This document shows, in pieces, positions 1 to 12,910 of a stretch of DNA of 64,000 bases (its first letter is position 1; each line of letters starts with the position of its first letter). Under the pieces are notes generated by a model. The model worked only from the letters and a program-made list of their open reading frames with translations, was not told where the DNA came from and ran no database searches. The position numbers and the translations under genes were made by a program. The stretch lies in the NCBI GenBank assembly GCA_048013815.1, contig CM106586.1:6758001-6822000 (forward strand), in the 5' to 3' direction. The stretch comes from Setoptus koraiensis. Its lineage: Eukaryota; Animalia; Arthropoda.

Positions 1-1994
1 CAGACGCGAGTTTGCGCCAGTTTGCTGGCGTGTGTTTGCCCGTTCGCGAGCTGAACCTGATTTCAAAATCCGTTCGGACAATTCCGTTTGCAAGTATGCA
101 CGATATCGATCGACCGAAATCAAACATTCGAGCGGAAGTCACAGGGCGGGCCGGTGGGCTCACGAGTCGTCGCGAGCCACCCCGAGCCGTCACAGGTAAA
201 CAGTGATGCGCGGCTCGCGGCGCGGCCGCCGGACGGGCTAAAGGAAAAACAGGAAGAATCGCAAGAATCGCAAGAGTTGGAGCAATTAAAAAGATTGATA
301 GTGCCGCGCGCGTCGCGGCCGCATTATGTAACATTTCTTTGCGCTGTCAATTCATTTCTGTGTTTGCCTTTCTCTGCCTCTCTGCCTCTCTGCCGCTCTG
401 TCTTGTCCGTCTCGTGCGCCCCATATTCCCATATTTAACTTGATATTTATCGTCGCATTTGTCGTCATGTTCATCGCCATGTTCATCGTCTTGGTTATCG
501 TCATCGGGCGAGCTTTTATGAAATTTATTAAACAATATTAAACAATGAACGTGGTGCATTTTGCAACACCGACGCGTCGCCAGCATCCGTCGCCCGTCGG
601 CCGCTCGATGATTGATGGAGCGCAACTGGTTGTGGCCACCAAACTCGCTTAAAACTCGCCTAATGCTCGCCCATTCGCGTGTAGGTGCTGCGTGGACGAT
701 GATCGATTTGCTTTCGGGGGCCCAATTGTGCGCGAAAGAGTGTTCTTCGGTGTTGCGAGATGACACACCAACCAGCGCCAAAAGAGGAAACATTTTACAA
801 GTTGCAGTAAATACTTTTATCGCATCACTAATGGCATGCGACCCACTATCGGGCCCGTCATTCGCACACTATTAGGCTTAGTGTGCTATATAGTGTGTTA
901 TATAATAGTCATTATATAATAGTTATCATATTATTAATATATGACGACGTGGCACGGTAAATGCGGTCGGCAAATATTGCGCAATATGCGCCCCAGTTTT
1001 GGTTGCATCACCTATATATATAATATACATTATAATGTGTAACAAGTTGGCCAGTTGCTACACTTCGGGTTGCGACACTTTCCAGCCGCTGATCCGATTC
1101 GTCGCGATTCTTTGCGCCTCGTTGCGATTCTTTGCGATTCTTTGCGCCTCGTTGCGATTCTCTGCGCTGCGTCCCGATTCGCGCAAGTCGAGCCGGTTTT
1201 AAAGTGTCGCAGCACGAGAGGACAACAAACAACAAATTGACACGAGAAGTGTTGAAGCGAAAACTTGAGCGTTGCAAGTTGCACAATGGCCACAAAAGGA
1301 AACCCTTCGCGGCGCCACCAGTTGCTACAAACTGTTGCTCAAGTGGCCCGGCCGGCCACACCGGCTATCAGATGCCGCTTGTCCACATTGGTGGGGCCCA
1401 AAGTGGTGATGATCAATTGGAGCTGCGACGGCGCTGCTTAAGATGCTTATGATTACATAACATTGTTGTTTATTTTGCTTCGCTGATTGCGAGAGGCGCC
1501 GTCCGTTGTTTGCACTTATGTGTGTTGCGACGTTCTTATGGGAACTCACGGCCGGCCAGTTTGCGTGCCAATAACCGACAACTAGAATCAATAGTTGCGT
1601 AACAGACAATCCAATGCTTCCATCACAATCGATTCTAATTTCGATTTCTTTCTCGGCGCCCCACACTGACGCGCAGCCCCACGCTGGTGCGCAGCCCGGG
1701 CCCCATCTGTACGTGCTGGTGTGTGCGTGTTTGGTGCACCTCTCGAGAGTGCCAGTGATCAAGTTCGCTCCAGTTGATTCAAGTGAGACAGCGCCAACTC
1801 AGGTGAGCACTGATATTTGCTGCTGCACCCATTTGTGCGACTATGCACCAACGAACGCTGCCGAATTCGCCAGATTCGCCCGATTCTCCCAATTCGCCCA
1901 ATTCGCAGTTTGAAATGTGCACACAAACAGATGTATTTGTTTGGTGCATCGCGAGCGAAATGTCGCTGCAAATGCACCGACAGAAACTGGTGTT

Positions 1995-2063
1995 AACCGA
2001 TCAAAACCGATAGAAACCGATATAAACCGATAGAAACCGATAGAGACCGATATAAACCGATGG
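1995..2063. repeat. 10-bp tandem repeat (AAACCGATAG-like) x7
   Basis: ACCGAT recurs every 10 bp. Confidence 0.9.
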
Positions 2064-2290
2064 AAACTGGTGGCAACCGGTGGAAAACGCGGGCCCAGAT
2101 CGGTGAGAAAAGGGGAAGAGTTAACAGGAAATGATTACTTGTTACTGGGGCTCATTAGCGGGCGCATCCTGTGCCGATTTGCGATTCGAACGCGAGAAAC
2201 AGAACGAAATTAATGAGTTTGAAATGATTTAGATCGTCATGTCGATTTGTTGCGCGCCTCGTCTGAGTCTCGATGCCCGGCTGGCACAGT

Positions 2291-2337
2291 TGGCCCACTC
2301 TGGCCCGCTCTGGCCCGCTCTGGCCCGCTCTGGCCCG
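2291..2337. repeat. 10-bp tandem repeat TGGCCCGCTC x~5
   Basis: Read directly from the sequence. Confidence 0.9.
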
Positions 2338-4675
2338 AATCGCTCCTTTGGCCCCCGAAGCTGGCCGAATGTGGGCCAATGTCGGCACTGTGCGCCAATT
2401 ACGTAAGCCCAATGACAGCCGATTTAACTTGTTCGCTTGTGTGTGCCGAACAAGCAACAATTGTGTGTTATGTAATACCGACTTGGCCGACTTGCGCAAC
2501 ATTTCGACAAAAAGTACAAACAAAAAGTATTTGTGTTGTAAATGTTGTATTATTGCAACTGTAAATAGTAACTAGCAGCCTCGTGGTAACCAGTGGCAAT
2601 ATCGCCACGTAGTACGTGCTGCCAATTGCGTGATGCAACAATTTTGCGACAATCACGAGCGGCTTTGCACGAGGAGAGGGCGACACGAACACGTACACGA
2701 ACACGTACACGAACAGTGCGTATGCGAGTAGTCGCGTCTAATCATTTGTTGCATCACCAGTTTGTGCATAATAGACACTGGTTGTACTTACTAAACCATT
2801 ACATAACAACAATGGCAATAAATCAGCAGCGGCAGCAACAGGCAGCTACAACAACAAATAATGATGATGATAAATAAAAAGCAAACTCGTTATTCTCGCG
2901 TCGCAACTCACCCAATTTACACGCAATTTACATGCTGCATACAACTGTTACAACTGTCGGGTATTTGCCTGAACTGAATGCCAACTGAATGGGGCGACAT
3001 TCAGTTGGGGCGCCGCTAATAGTGGCACACAAAAGAACGGGGCGACAGCGAGAACAAATCAATGATCAATGAATTCTTTTATCCCTTTTGCCCGTGCTGT
3101 TTGTTTGTGTGCGTGTGTGTGCGTGTGTGTGTGTGTGTGTGAGAATGCTCGCCAGGCGATCGAAGAATCGCCAATAAAAGATGAATTACATGCATAACAT
3201 GTGTTTATAATGATGCTCGTCGTACGCTGGCGACAATAATAATAATAATCATTAGTTATTCACTGTCACTCTCGCAGTGATTCCGTATTGCCCACTGGAG
3301 GTGCGATATGGCGACTGTGTGAACAATCAACAGTTGGCCGGCCCGACGATGCTCGCATTGCGCATTGCGCAACCGTTCCCAATCGGCGACTCTCAATTCG
3401 AGAATCTCCGTCCGAGAGTGTCCGTGCGAGAATGCGCATCGGCCCTCAATGGCGCCGATTTGCCGATTATATTTATAAACGCACCAGCAAACCAGCGAAC
3501 AAGCGAACCGGCGAACCAGCGAACCAGCGGCGACCATTGGCGACATCCGAAATAGCAGCAACTCTTTCTGGCGCGGTGCACGTGATCCGTCCGCGTGCCA
3601 GCTTAGCGCGCCGGTGCACGCCGTCGCAAATCGATTGCAAATCGCGCTGCTTGTGATCGCCAGTTCGAGTCCGATTTCCATTTCGGGTTCCATTTGCATT
3701 GCGAATGCGATTCCGAATGCGATTCCGAATGCGGATCCGAATCCGAATGCGAATCCGACCGAATCAATTCAAGGGCGGCTCAACGGTGGCCGGGCCGCCT
3801 CCAATGCAAATAATGCGCTTATTTCGGGCCAGTTCTATTTCGAGAACCGGCCCCAAGCAACAGGCTCAGCGCCCGCGCCCGCAAACCGGCGCTCGCTCCA
3901 CTGATGATGGGGCCGTAATCGATTGGAGGCGCCTCGGAACGGGTCGCGCAAACCCGGCGAAACTGTTGATTCGAAGGCGCTCCGTTGCGACAATTGCGCC
4001 GACACTCTTGATTGTACTTTGGGCAAATCTCAGCGCGTGTTTGCTCGCGCTCTCCAACGCGCCCATGTTGCTGCTCCACTTTCGGCACCTTGCGGCTTAG
4101 CGACTCGCGGCCGCTTGATTGGCCCCGAATCGATGCAAATTTGCCAAATTGGGCGAACTCGGCAACTTCGGCAACTTTGGCATCTTGGGCAACTTCGGCG
4201 AATTCGGAATACGCAAGGCCGATTCTGCGCGTTCGGTGAGTGGGCGCAACGAAGCGCCGGGGCATTAGCCAAATGGCGCGGCGATCGGCCTGCACCGCGA
4301 TTCACCGCGATTCACTGCGATTCAGCGTGATGCCGCGAAAAGGTAAACGGCCAATCGACTGATGCATTTGGCAGCGTTTTCGCAACGTGCTCCAGTGGCT
4401 TAGCACGCGAAAGTGTGAGATTATCAAATTGAAAGATCGCGCACTTTGTGGCGTGGCGCAGGGCAGTGTTACGCAATCGCTAGCATTGCCCAGCGGGGAT
4501 AAAGTTGGCACAAAATAAAATAAAATTGATGCCGCAAACAGAATAAAAGCTGCCCAAGTGAGCAGCTGCAACTGGTGCAACCGATGCTGCAACCGATGCT
4601 GCAACTGATGCAACCGATGCAACCGATGCAACCGATGATGCCGATGATGCCGATATCGCGCACCGGCTCACACAA

Positions 4676-4742
4676 ACAAATTACGCAACGGCTCGCGCGA
4701 ACAAATTACGCAACGGCTCGCGCAAACAAATTACGCAACGGC
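4676..4742. repeat. 25-bp tandem repeat x3 containing TTACGCAA
   Basis: acaaattacgcaacggctcgcgc units start at 4676, 4701 and 4726. Confidence 0.9.
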
Positions 4743-6288
4743 ACACGCACCAACAGCGAGCGCTCGCAAAGGGGGCCAGGGTGTGCAAATTAGGTGGGCG
4801 TAGCGCTTGATGATCTTGCATGATTCAGCCATGCCGGCCACAGGCAATACCGGCCATGGGCGATAAAAATGGCTGCAAACAAGCTGCGACAGCGCCACTA
4901 ATTACGAATCGCTCACCGCCAGCTGGCCGGCCCCTCAACTTGGCCCGTCTCTCTCGGGCAGCTTTGTCGGCCGGCCGGCCGGCGGGCCGCAAAACAGCGG
5001 GCCGTCACCGGAAAGCGAGACAGCCGCACTGTCTCGTTTTCCGTAGTAGTGACTGCAGTGACTACAGGTCTCGTGGGCCGCTATCCGCGAGCCTCTTCGG
5101 GCCGGCAAGCTCGGTCGGCCCGTTCGGCGTAAGCCAGTTCCGGTGCCGTCACGGGCCGAAATGCGCCGCTGAAAACTGTGCTTGCTACATTGCACATATT
5201 ACCGTGCAACTCACACCGGACTGTGCCGACTCGCGCTCGGGCCTAACTCGGGCTAACTGGTGCGAACTGGGGCCGAACTCGGGCGCACTGGGGCGCGCTC
5301 GGGCTGCGCCGGCGACCCGCAGAGGAGCCCCGGGTTCGGGCAAAGTTCACGCGGGCAACAAGCAAACTATAGACTGGACAGCGCGGTCGGTCGGCGCACA
5401 ACGGCTACGCTGCCCCTTACAGCGCACGGATAAACGAGTGTGCCTAATTGAGACGCTTTGCGGAACGCTGACATGTAGATTAATGAGGCGCCATAAATTA
5501 AGTGGCGGCCGTCGGTCAAGTTTGGGCGCGTCAAGTGCCGGTCACTCATCGCTGCGCCGTGTGCCGATCTGTGTCGCTGGCTGGTGTTCTCGTGCGATTT
5601 CTCGGGCGATTTCTTGGCCGATTTGCCCGGCGATTTCTTCGACAAACAAGCGGCCGTCGCGTGTTTTTTCGCCCGTCTTCGGCCATCCGTTCCGATCGGC
5701 TCGCCCAATTTGGCCAATTCGGCGGCCAATCGCTGGCTGTCACTGTGGTCAGTGAGTCGGCCAACTGTCAGCCTCTTTTGTGAATGGAACCAACGTGGGC
5801 CCCTTCACAGTGCTCACAATTTAGCGCGCCATTAACTAATGAACATTCTCGCTAATTTGCATGCGTGCCCACACCGCGCCGTCACAAGCACGCCATGCAA
5901 ATGACAACAATACAAGACGTGCCAACAATGGCACGTCTTGTATTGTCGTCTTGAGGTGTCGCTGGCCGGACGAACACAACGGATGATTAATCAATCGGGC
6001 ACCGGCGCATCAATTACCCGGCCCGCTCTGGTGGACCGCTGGCTCGGCCCATTGTACTTGTGTCTGTCATTGTTGGCCGCTTGCGCCGCAAACAATCGCG
6101 CCTCGGACACGACATTTCTCTTACGGCCACTTGTGTCGCTTGCGGCATTCGCCGCTACAACCCTCACCGGCGCTCACTTGCGCCTCTTTCTGGGGCCTTG
6201 CGGCCGGTCGTTTGGGCATTTTGGGGGCTTTGCGGCCGGTCGTTTGGGCATTTTTCGGGGCTCTTCGGGGCCGTTCTCGGGCGCGGTT

Positions 6289-6385
6289 GCGGGCCGGGAA
6301 ACTTGTTAGCGCGCGGGCCGGGAAACTTGTTTGCGCGCGGGCCGGGAAACTTGTTTGTGTGCGGGCACCGGGAAAATTGTTTGTG
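6289..6385. repeat. 24-bp tandem repeat x~4 (gcgggccgggaaacttgtt)
   Basis: Units start at 6289, 6313, 6337 and 6361. Confidence 0.9.
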
Positions 6386-8946
6386 CGCGGTGCACAGCGC
6401 GTCTGTGCGGATATGGCACGCAGGTAAGTTTGCGGGGTCGAAGTAATTGTTTCGGGCCCACAAGGTTGCAACAATCGGCAACATTGTGGAACAGGAAACG
6501 GCGCACCGGCGTGCGTGCAGTTCCTGTTCCAGCGACGAGTGCGCCGTACGCGGCGTCGGTCATTTGGTGGCGATTGTTTATTATTATCAAATGAATTGTT
6601 GCGCCTCTCGAGCGGCTCGCGCGATCGCCGCTCAATTGATTGGCGACCGAAAGTGAACCGGGCCGGCCCATTGTGTCGCGGGCATTGTGGTGCGGCCAGC
6701 GGTGCCCAATGCTCGTGGCGGCAATGAGAGTAATGGCAAAGTTTTGCAGACCAATGCAGGCCAGCACGCGATAAACGTCGCCAGTGCGCCGGTGATAAAA
6801 TAATATCTAAAATAATAGAAAATAATAGAACCAGACGATGCGGCCAACAGCGGCCAAAATATCCGCTCAGCAGTCTGGCAGCGAAAAAAACGAAAAGCGA
6901 AAAGAATGGCGAAACGAGCACAATGGAAAGTGGACGCAGTTTGTTGCCGCCAAGTGCTGCGCCAATGATGCAAATTGAATAGAGAATCACGATTATGTAA
7001 TGGCTGTTGCTGTTGCTCTTGTGATTTGATTTGGTTGCACAGCCCGCGACGCCAACAAAACAGCGCGAATTGTGCAATCATTGTATTACAACGACGGCAC
7101 AATGGCGATCGGATAAATCGGTCGCTGCGGTCGCGCATTGTTCTGTGCTGCAGCGCCGACGTGTGCGTGCTGCACGTGCTCGTACTCGTGCTATATGACG
7201 GGATAAATGCGAGATGCACGGGACACGTGAGATGCAGCCTGAAACGAGCGGCGCGGCCTATATCCGCTCGCCACCCGACCGCGATATAGGCTCGGGCCGG
7301 GCGACTCGCTGGCATCTCGGCGTGGCCAACTGTCGCGCCGATCGCCCATAAAGATGACCATTAAGATAACGTGCGCGATCTGTGCCCGTTTGTGCCCGTT
7401 TGTGCGCGTTTGTGCCCGTTTTCGGCTTGAAACTGGTCAACTTTTGGCCCCGTTTTGGCGCCAATTGCACATTGAGTCATCAATGAGATAACTGTTGCGC
7501 AACAGCAACAGTTATCTCATGAATGCGCCAGCAAATTGTGCGTCAGTGTCAGTGTCAGCCTCAGAGGCAGTTTGCAGCAACGACGCCAACTGCGATATAA
7601 TGCATTTTGCCGCTGATATAAGAGCAAATCTAGAGCAACTACGTGCGCGTATGTCACTGTTGTTTTATCTCGTGTTGCTTTTATCTCGTGTTGCACGTAG
7701 TTACGTCGGCCACGATGAGCACGCCGCAGACAGGGAGCGACCACTCGACAAACATCGACAGCGACAAAGACAAACAAGCACTCGAAAATCTCTAATCTGC
7801 GACTACCGGCGCAGATAGCGCGACTAAACCGGCCGGCGCACAATTGAGCCACTGCCACGAGACGGTAAACGAAAGCGAGCTTTCGAAAACTCAAGAGTTG
7901 TTGCCAGTATGAGCGAAAAGAACCCAACAAGGGGATTTTCAAGTTTCTGTGCAAGTCTCGTCCGCGGGCAACGACAGCGGAAGAGCAAGTTTGCCCAGTT
8001 TGGCAAACTTTCCACTTTGCTGGAAACTCAAAACTCGAAAATTTGTTTTTCTCGCCACTCGTTCGGCCAACACTCAATTCACTTTGTGTTCAATTCACTT
8101 TGTGTTCGAATTCTCCACAATTCGGGCCCGCAGTGACGGCCAAATTAACTTGCGTAACTTATGCGTGCGAGCGCTCGTCGTGACGCAACAACAGCGACGC
8201 AACAACAGCAACGCGCACACTTCCGGCCGCACAACGCGCAGCGCAACGATATTAAACGTGGACGAATCATCAAGTGGTTGGCGAGTCAATCGGTCAGCAT
8301 ATGTCGGCATATGCCCAATGTACAACTATTGTGTCCGATGGCCGCACTGACATAATAACAGTGATAATACAAGTAATAAAAATAACAGCGCGGATTAGAT
8401 CTGGTGCGCACTGACAATGATGGCCGGCTGATTATGCAAATATTGTTAATATTGTTAATATTGTTGTCGTGCGTAATCTCGTTACTGACCATTGGACAGG
8501 ATTCGCGAGTCGACAGTGGACAATCGCGAGTCGACAGTGGACAAGCGAGAGTCGACGGCAAGTAGATCGAGTGTCCGCCGGCCAGATTACGTATTATCGT
8601 TATTGCTTGTTGCTCGCCTGTTGCCGGTGGCGTCGAAAATGCACCAATGAACCGGCAATCAAGATGCTGAGAGCGCCTGTTGAGCGCGTCAGTCCGCGGG
8701 GCCAAGTGGGGCGCCGCCGTGCACTGCCAGTCGCCGGCGGAGGGCCGTAGAGCGGAATGAGGAGCCTCAGAGAGCCCCTGAGAGACTTTGAGAGTTACAG
8801 AGAGCCCCAGAGGGCTGTAGCGGGCCGCAGAGCCATGCAGAGATCAGTGGGCAGATAATCCATTAATCAAAATTAGCCATATTGTGTCGCCGGCGCGGCA
8901 GATTACTCCGGCGCAAGATTGTTGCTGTTGTTGGGTGATTCCAGTT

Positions 8947-9012
8947 GCGCCACTGCACACTAGAGGCGCCACTGCACACTAGAGGCGCCACTGCACACTG
9001 GAGGCGTCACTG
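8947..9012. repeat. 19-bp tandem repeat x3.5 (gcgccactgcacactagag)
   Basis: Units start at 8947, 8966, 8985 and 9004. Confidence 0.9.
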
Positions 9013-12000
9013 CGAGATTGCGATCGCGACAATTATCGGCCAGTGGACACACCGCAACTGGACACTCCATTCACCTGAGTTGTGTTTGCCACGAGTGCAC
9101 AATTGTGGCACAATTGTCGCACAATTTGTGTCGCGGCAGTTATTGTCGTTGTTGTTGTCGGCGAAATGTTGTTGTTGACGCAGTGTCGTTGTCGGCGCAG
9201 TGTTGTTGTTGGCGAATGTTGCGCCGGACAGGAAGCGACGAGCCGCGGGCCGGATTACTGCGCGATCCAGTGAAATTATGCGCCGGTGGGGCCATAAAGC
9301 CAGTTGCAAACTGCGCTGGCAGCGAAACGCGAAACTGGATCAACTGCAGATCGGCACAAATCGGCACCGATAACAGGCCGATATTGGTCGCATTCGCACA
9401 GGTAACAGTCGCGCACGGGCAGTTGTTAATTTTTTAGTCATTAAAAAGATTATACACACGCTAATTCAGTCATATAATCTGTGTCGCCGCTTGCTGTTGT
9501 GTCCATACATAAATGTGTAAATGTGTGTGTGTGTATATTTTGTGACAAATCAAGCACAATGGTCAGTCGCAAAACGCCAGCCAGTGGCGTGTAAGTGTGT
9601 GTGTAAGTGTGTGAAAACGGGCATAAAACCCGAATCGACCGCAACCAAAGTCAATAGGCATGACTCGGCACCGAAACTGGCCAGAAAATCCAGTCCAGCG
9701 AGTCATCATTTGGTCATTAGTTTGCGCTCCGATAGTTGCCATTTCGGCCACACAAACATGGTATGTTTGTGCAAACCAAACATGGCGATACGACACAATG
9801 TGCAACAACAATTAATCATGTATCATATTGCACACACTTCTAGCAGGTTATATAGCAGGCAACCGGCGCCGTTTCCGGTTTGCTGCAAACCGAAACGGTG
9901 CCTTTGTGCAATTAATTGACTTGCTCATGCGCACGTTTGCAGTGAATTAATTTAATTTTAATTTTAATCCTATGATGTTGCAATAATTTGGTGCATATCG
10001 GACACATTATGTGCGCCATGTCCTGCCTGCTGCATTTGGGCCAATAAAATGAAACAGTGATGCGACAAAATAAAATAACAATGCGACTAATATAATAATA
10101 AAATGTAGCGAAGAAGAGGCGTCCGTCGAGGAGCGTTCCGGCCCCAAAACGGCGATACGAATAGTGCGCAGATAGAACCAGCGAGACCAACAGAAAAAGG
10201 CGCAGACGAAGAAGAAAAGACGCAAAAAAGAAACAACGAACGCTCTCTCGATTGCTGATTGTCCGCTGAGTTGCCTGAGCCGGTTTCATCTGCTACGGCG
10301 ACGAATGCGAAATGGGCGCTTCCGGTCGACCGGCGCCTCCCTCTTCGGGCCTCACTGCCAGTGAGTCACTGGGCTCGCATAAAAACTTCTTATTACTTCT
10401 TAAAAAACCAACAAAAAATCTTTTTCTTTTTTTGCGACAGCAGTAAACTATTATTACCATACCATTGGGCGCTCATTGTCTATTTGAATTGTATTTGAAT
10501 ATTATTGCGATTTATTTATTATCCCAAAATTGTGATTCACAATGGCACACACTGCATAAGTGCTGCGAATGCGACCACTGCACCAGAAACGATTGATGCC
10601 GCCAAGTGGGGCCGGTGCAGCCAACGTGCACCCCACTATCGCCACTATGGCCGCCAATCAGTCAATTGACTTTTGGCAATGCCACCAATTGCAATTGGTC
10701 ACGTAGAACTTGTTGGGTATAAGTGCGCAAAATTTGCATAATTGTGACCACTTCAATGGGGTGATTTGTGGGCCCCAGATTGGCAATTGATTGCAAATGC
10801 ATGGGACAGTATATAGGTGATTACTGTCTCACGCTGTTGGCTGCTCTTATGATTATTATTTGGCGATATTAGCCGTCGGCCGTTTATTTATTTATTGGTT
10901 GGCCGTTGGCTGGCTTTTGTTGTCATGACAACACCAGTGAGAGAGCGGTGAGAGCAACAGTTGCAGTGACAAGTCAAGCGTCGCAAATTGCTGCAACAAG
11001 CAACAAATTGTGACCCAGACGCGCCAGAAAAGTTATGAATGAGATATAAACAAAAAGAGAAACAATGATAATGATTATGATTATCGCCATCATGCGGCGC
11101 CCGTGCCATTATGCGGCGCCCGTGTCAGGCAACGGCGCGCAATCAACGAGCGACCATGAGAGTTTGTTGTTGCGCTGCCAGTTCGCAGCGATTCGCCAGC
11201 AATCCGGATAAGTTTGCCGGCCAATTCGGGCAAATTTGCTGACCAATTCGGACAAATTTGCTGACCAATTTGGATAAATTTGCATCGATGGGCTGTTTTC
11301 GGAGCGAGTGCTTGGGCACACCGATTCGAGCCGAGTCCACAAGTTGTTTGTCGATGCGCGACAGCGAGAGTGAGCGAAGATATAAATTATTGTTTGCCAA
11401 GAAGAACCAGGTTAAATCAACAGTTGTCATTGTGACTAATGACATGGGCACGACCAACGATCTTGTTTCCACGCCGGCCGGTGCCACGATGTCCGCCGCC
11501 GCACACCCGCTACAAGTGGTTCCCATGGCCAGTGGTCAGTTGTCAATGGGCAGCGGTCGCTGCGGTCACTTCTGGTGCCGGCACCAGATCCGGCTGCTCT
11601 TGTCCGGCTTGTCGCTGGCACACAGCACAATGGTTGGCCCAAAAGAAACAAATGACAAGAAATAAAAGTGTTTCCCTCGCTGACACCATTCCCTCGCCCG
11701 CCGGTACTTGTCGCCGCTGTCGCTCGGGCACCGCCGCCATCGCCGTGCCTGGCCGCTCACTGTACCGGTGTCGTACCGGTGCCGTATCGGTGCCGTGCCG
11801 ATGGGTGCGTGGCCGCTTTTTGGCCGCGTTTTTCGCGCTGCTCTGCGCGTCTGTTTTATCGGTTTCGGGGCCCGGCGGCGTCGCATTGTCGCACACGAGA
11901 GGCCCGCCGACGGCAGCCGAGAGATAATGTGTTCGGGGCAATATATCACTCGATTAAGTTGCCACTGATGCGCCGTGAGGGTCGCTCGCGCAAATCGCCA

Positions 12001-12249
12001 CCGCGTCTAATGAGAGTCGCCCTAGACGCGCCAGAATCCAGTGCCGACACGGACAGCGCCGCCACCGCTGACACAACCGACGGCGCCGACACAACTGACA
12101 GCGCCGACAGCCGGGCCCGTCAGTCGGCGCGGCTCCCCCCCCCAGATCTACCTGTCGTGAGGAGTCGCTCGGTCACGAGTTGGTCGCGGCCCGCGACGAC
12201 GAGCTAGCCACAGCTCGTGCGCCGCCGCACTCACCGCCGGTGACTCGCT

Positions 12250-12760
12250 GCTGTCGGTGGGCCCGCCGTTTCCGGTCAATCAGTTTGTCCATTGGGGCGG
12301 TTCGCTCAGCTGGCGATCGCTGGCACTGGCCAGTGCAACCGGTGGCCGCTGTTCGCTGACCGGCCGTGCCGTTGCGCCTTGTCACCTGTGTCCGGCGACC
12401 CGGGCGCCAATTGCCGGCCAACAAGCGCAGCCAACAACAGCAACACTTGATGCGGCCCGCCCAGTTGCAACGGCCAAACAGCAACGCCGGACCTGGCTGG
12501 ACCGGACCGGACAACCACGACGCCGGGCCGGATAGCGGCAACAGCGACGCCGGGCCGCACAACAACAACAGCAACGCCGGGCCGGACGAGGGCAACAAAT
12601 GGTGAGCACGCGCGCGACCAGTGGCCGGCAATTAAGGCGGCCGGAGTCGTGATCGGGCCGGCGATCAATGGTTGCAGCGACTAATTACGGCGACGGCGTA
12701 CGAATTAATTTTCAACAATTGTTAACAACTTTTAACAGCGCCTCGATCGCCATATGCGCC
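12250..12760. repeat. Left arm of a diverged inverted duplication (partner 25630-26130)
   Basis: 12378-12400 is the exact reverse complement of 25968-25990 (23 bp). A 33-bp block with 1 mismatch and further collinear blocks support it; coordinate sums are constant at ~38.4 kb. Confidence 0.85.
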
Positions 12761-12850
12761 GGCGCTCCACGTGAGCACCGGCGCTCACGAGGGGAATTTT
12801 CAGGTGAGGGTTGAAACTGGAAAATCTCTGGGCCTCTCGCTTCGGCGTCA

Positions 12851-12910
12851 CTGTCGCTGTTGGCTGTCACTGTTGGTGCCGGCACCAACAGTGACAGCCA
12901 ACAGTGACAG
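12851..12910. repeat. 60-bp zero-spacer palindrome (30-bp arms, 1 mismatch)
   Basis: ctgtcgctgttggctgtcactgttggtgcc | ggcaccaacagtgacagccaacagtgacag. Confidence 0.95.

Noticed and set aside
4330-4348. ATG CCG CGA AAA G|GTAAAC as a possible distal SNAG micro-exon
   Set aside because: It encodes MPRK, not MPRSFLV, and there is no supporting acceptor evidence.
4820-5755. 311-aa plus-strand ORF (also 6121-7077, 21454-22314, 39428-40294, 42446-43309 and many shorter ORFs in 1-43 kb)
   Set aside because: Arg/Ala/Pro-rich, repeat-derived, no recognisable domain, overlapping ORFs in several frames. This is expected from stop-poor GC-rich DNA.
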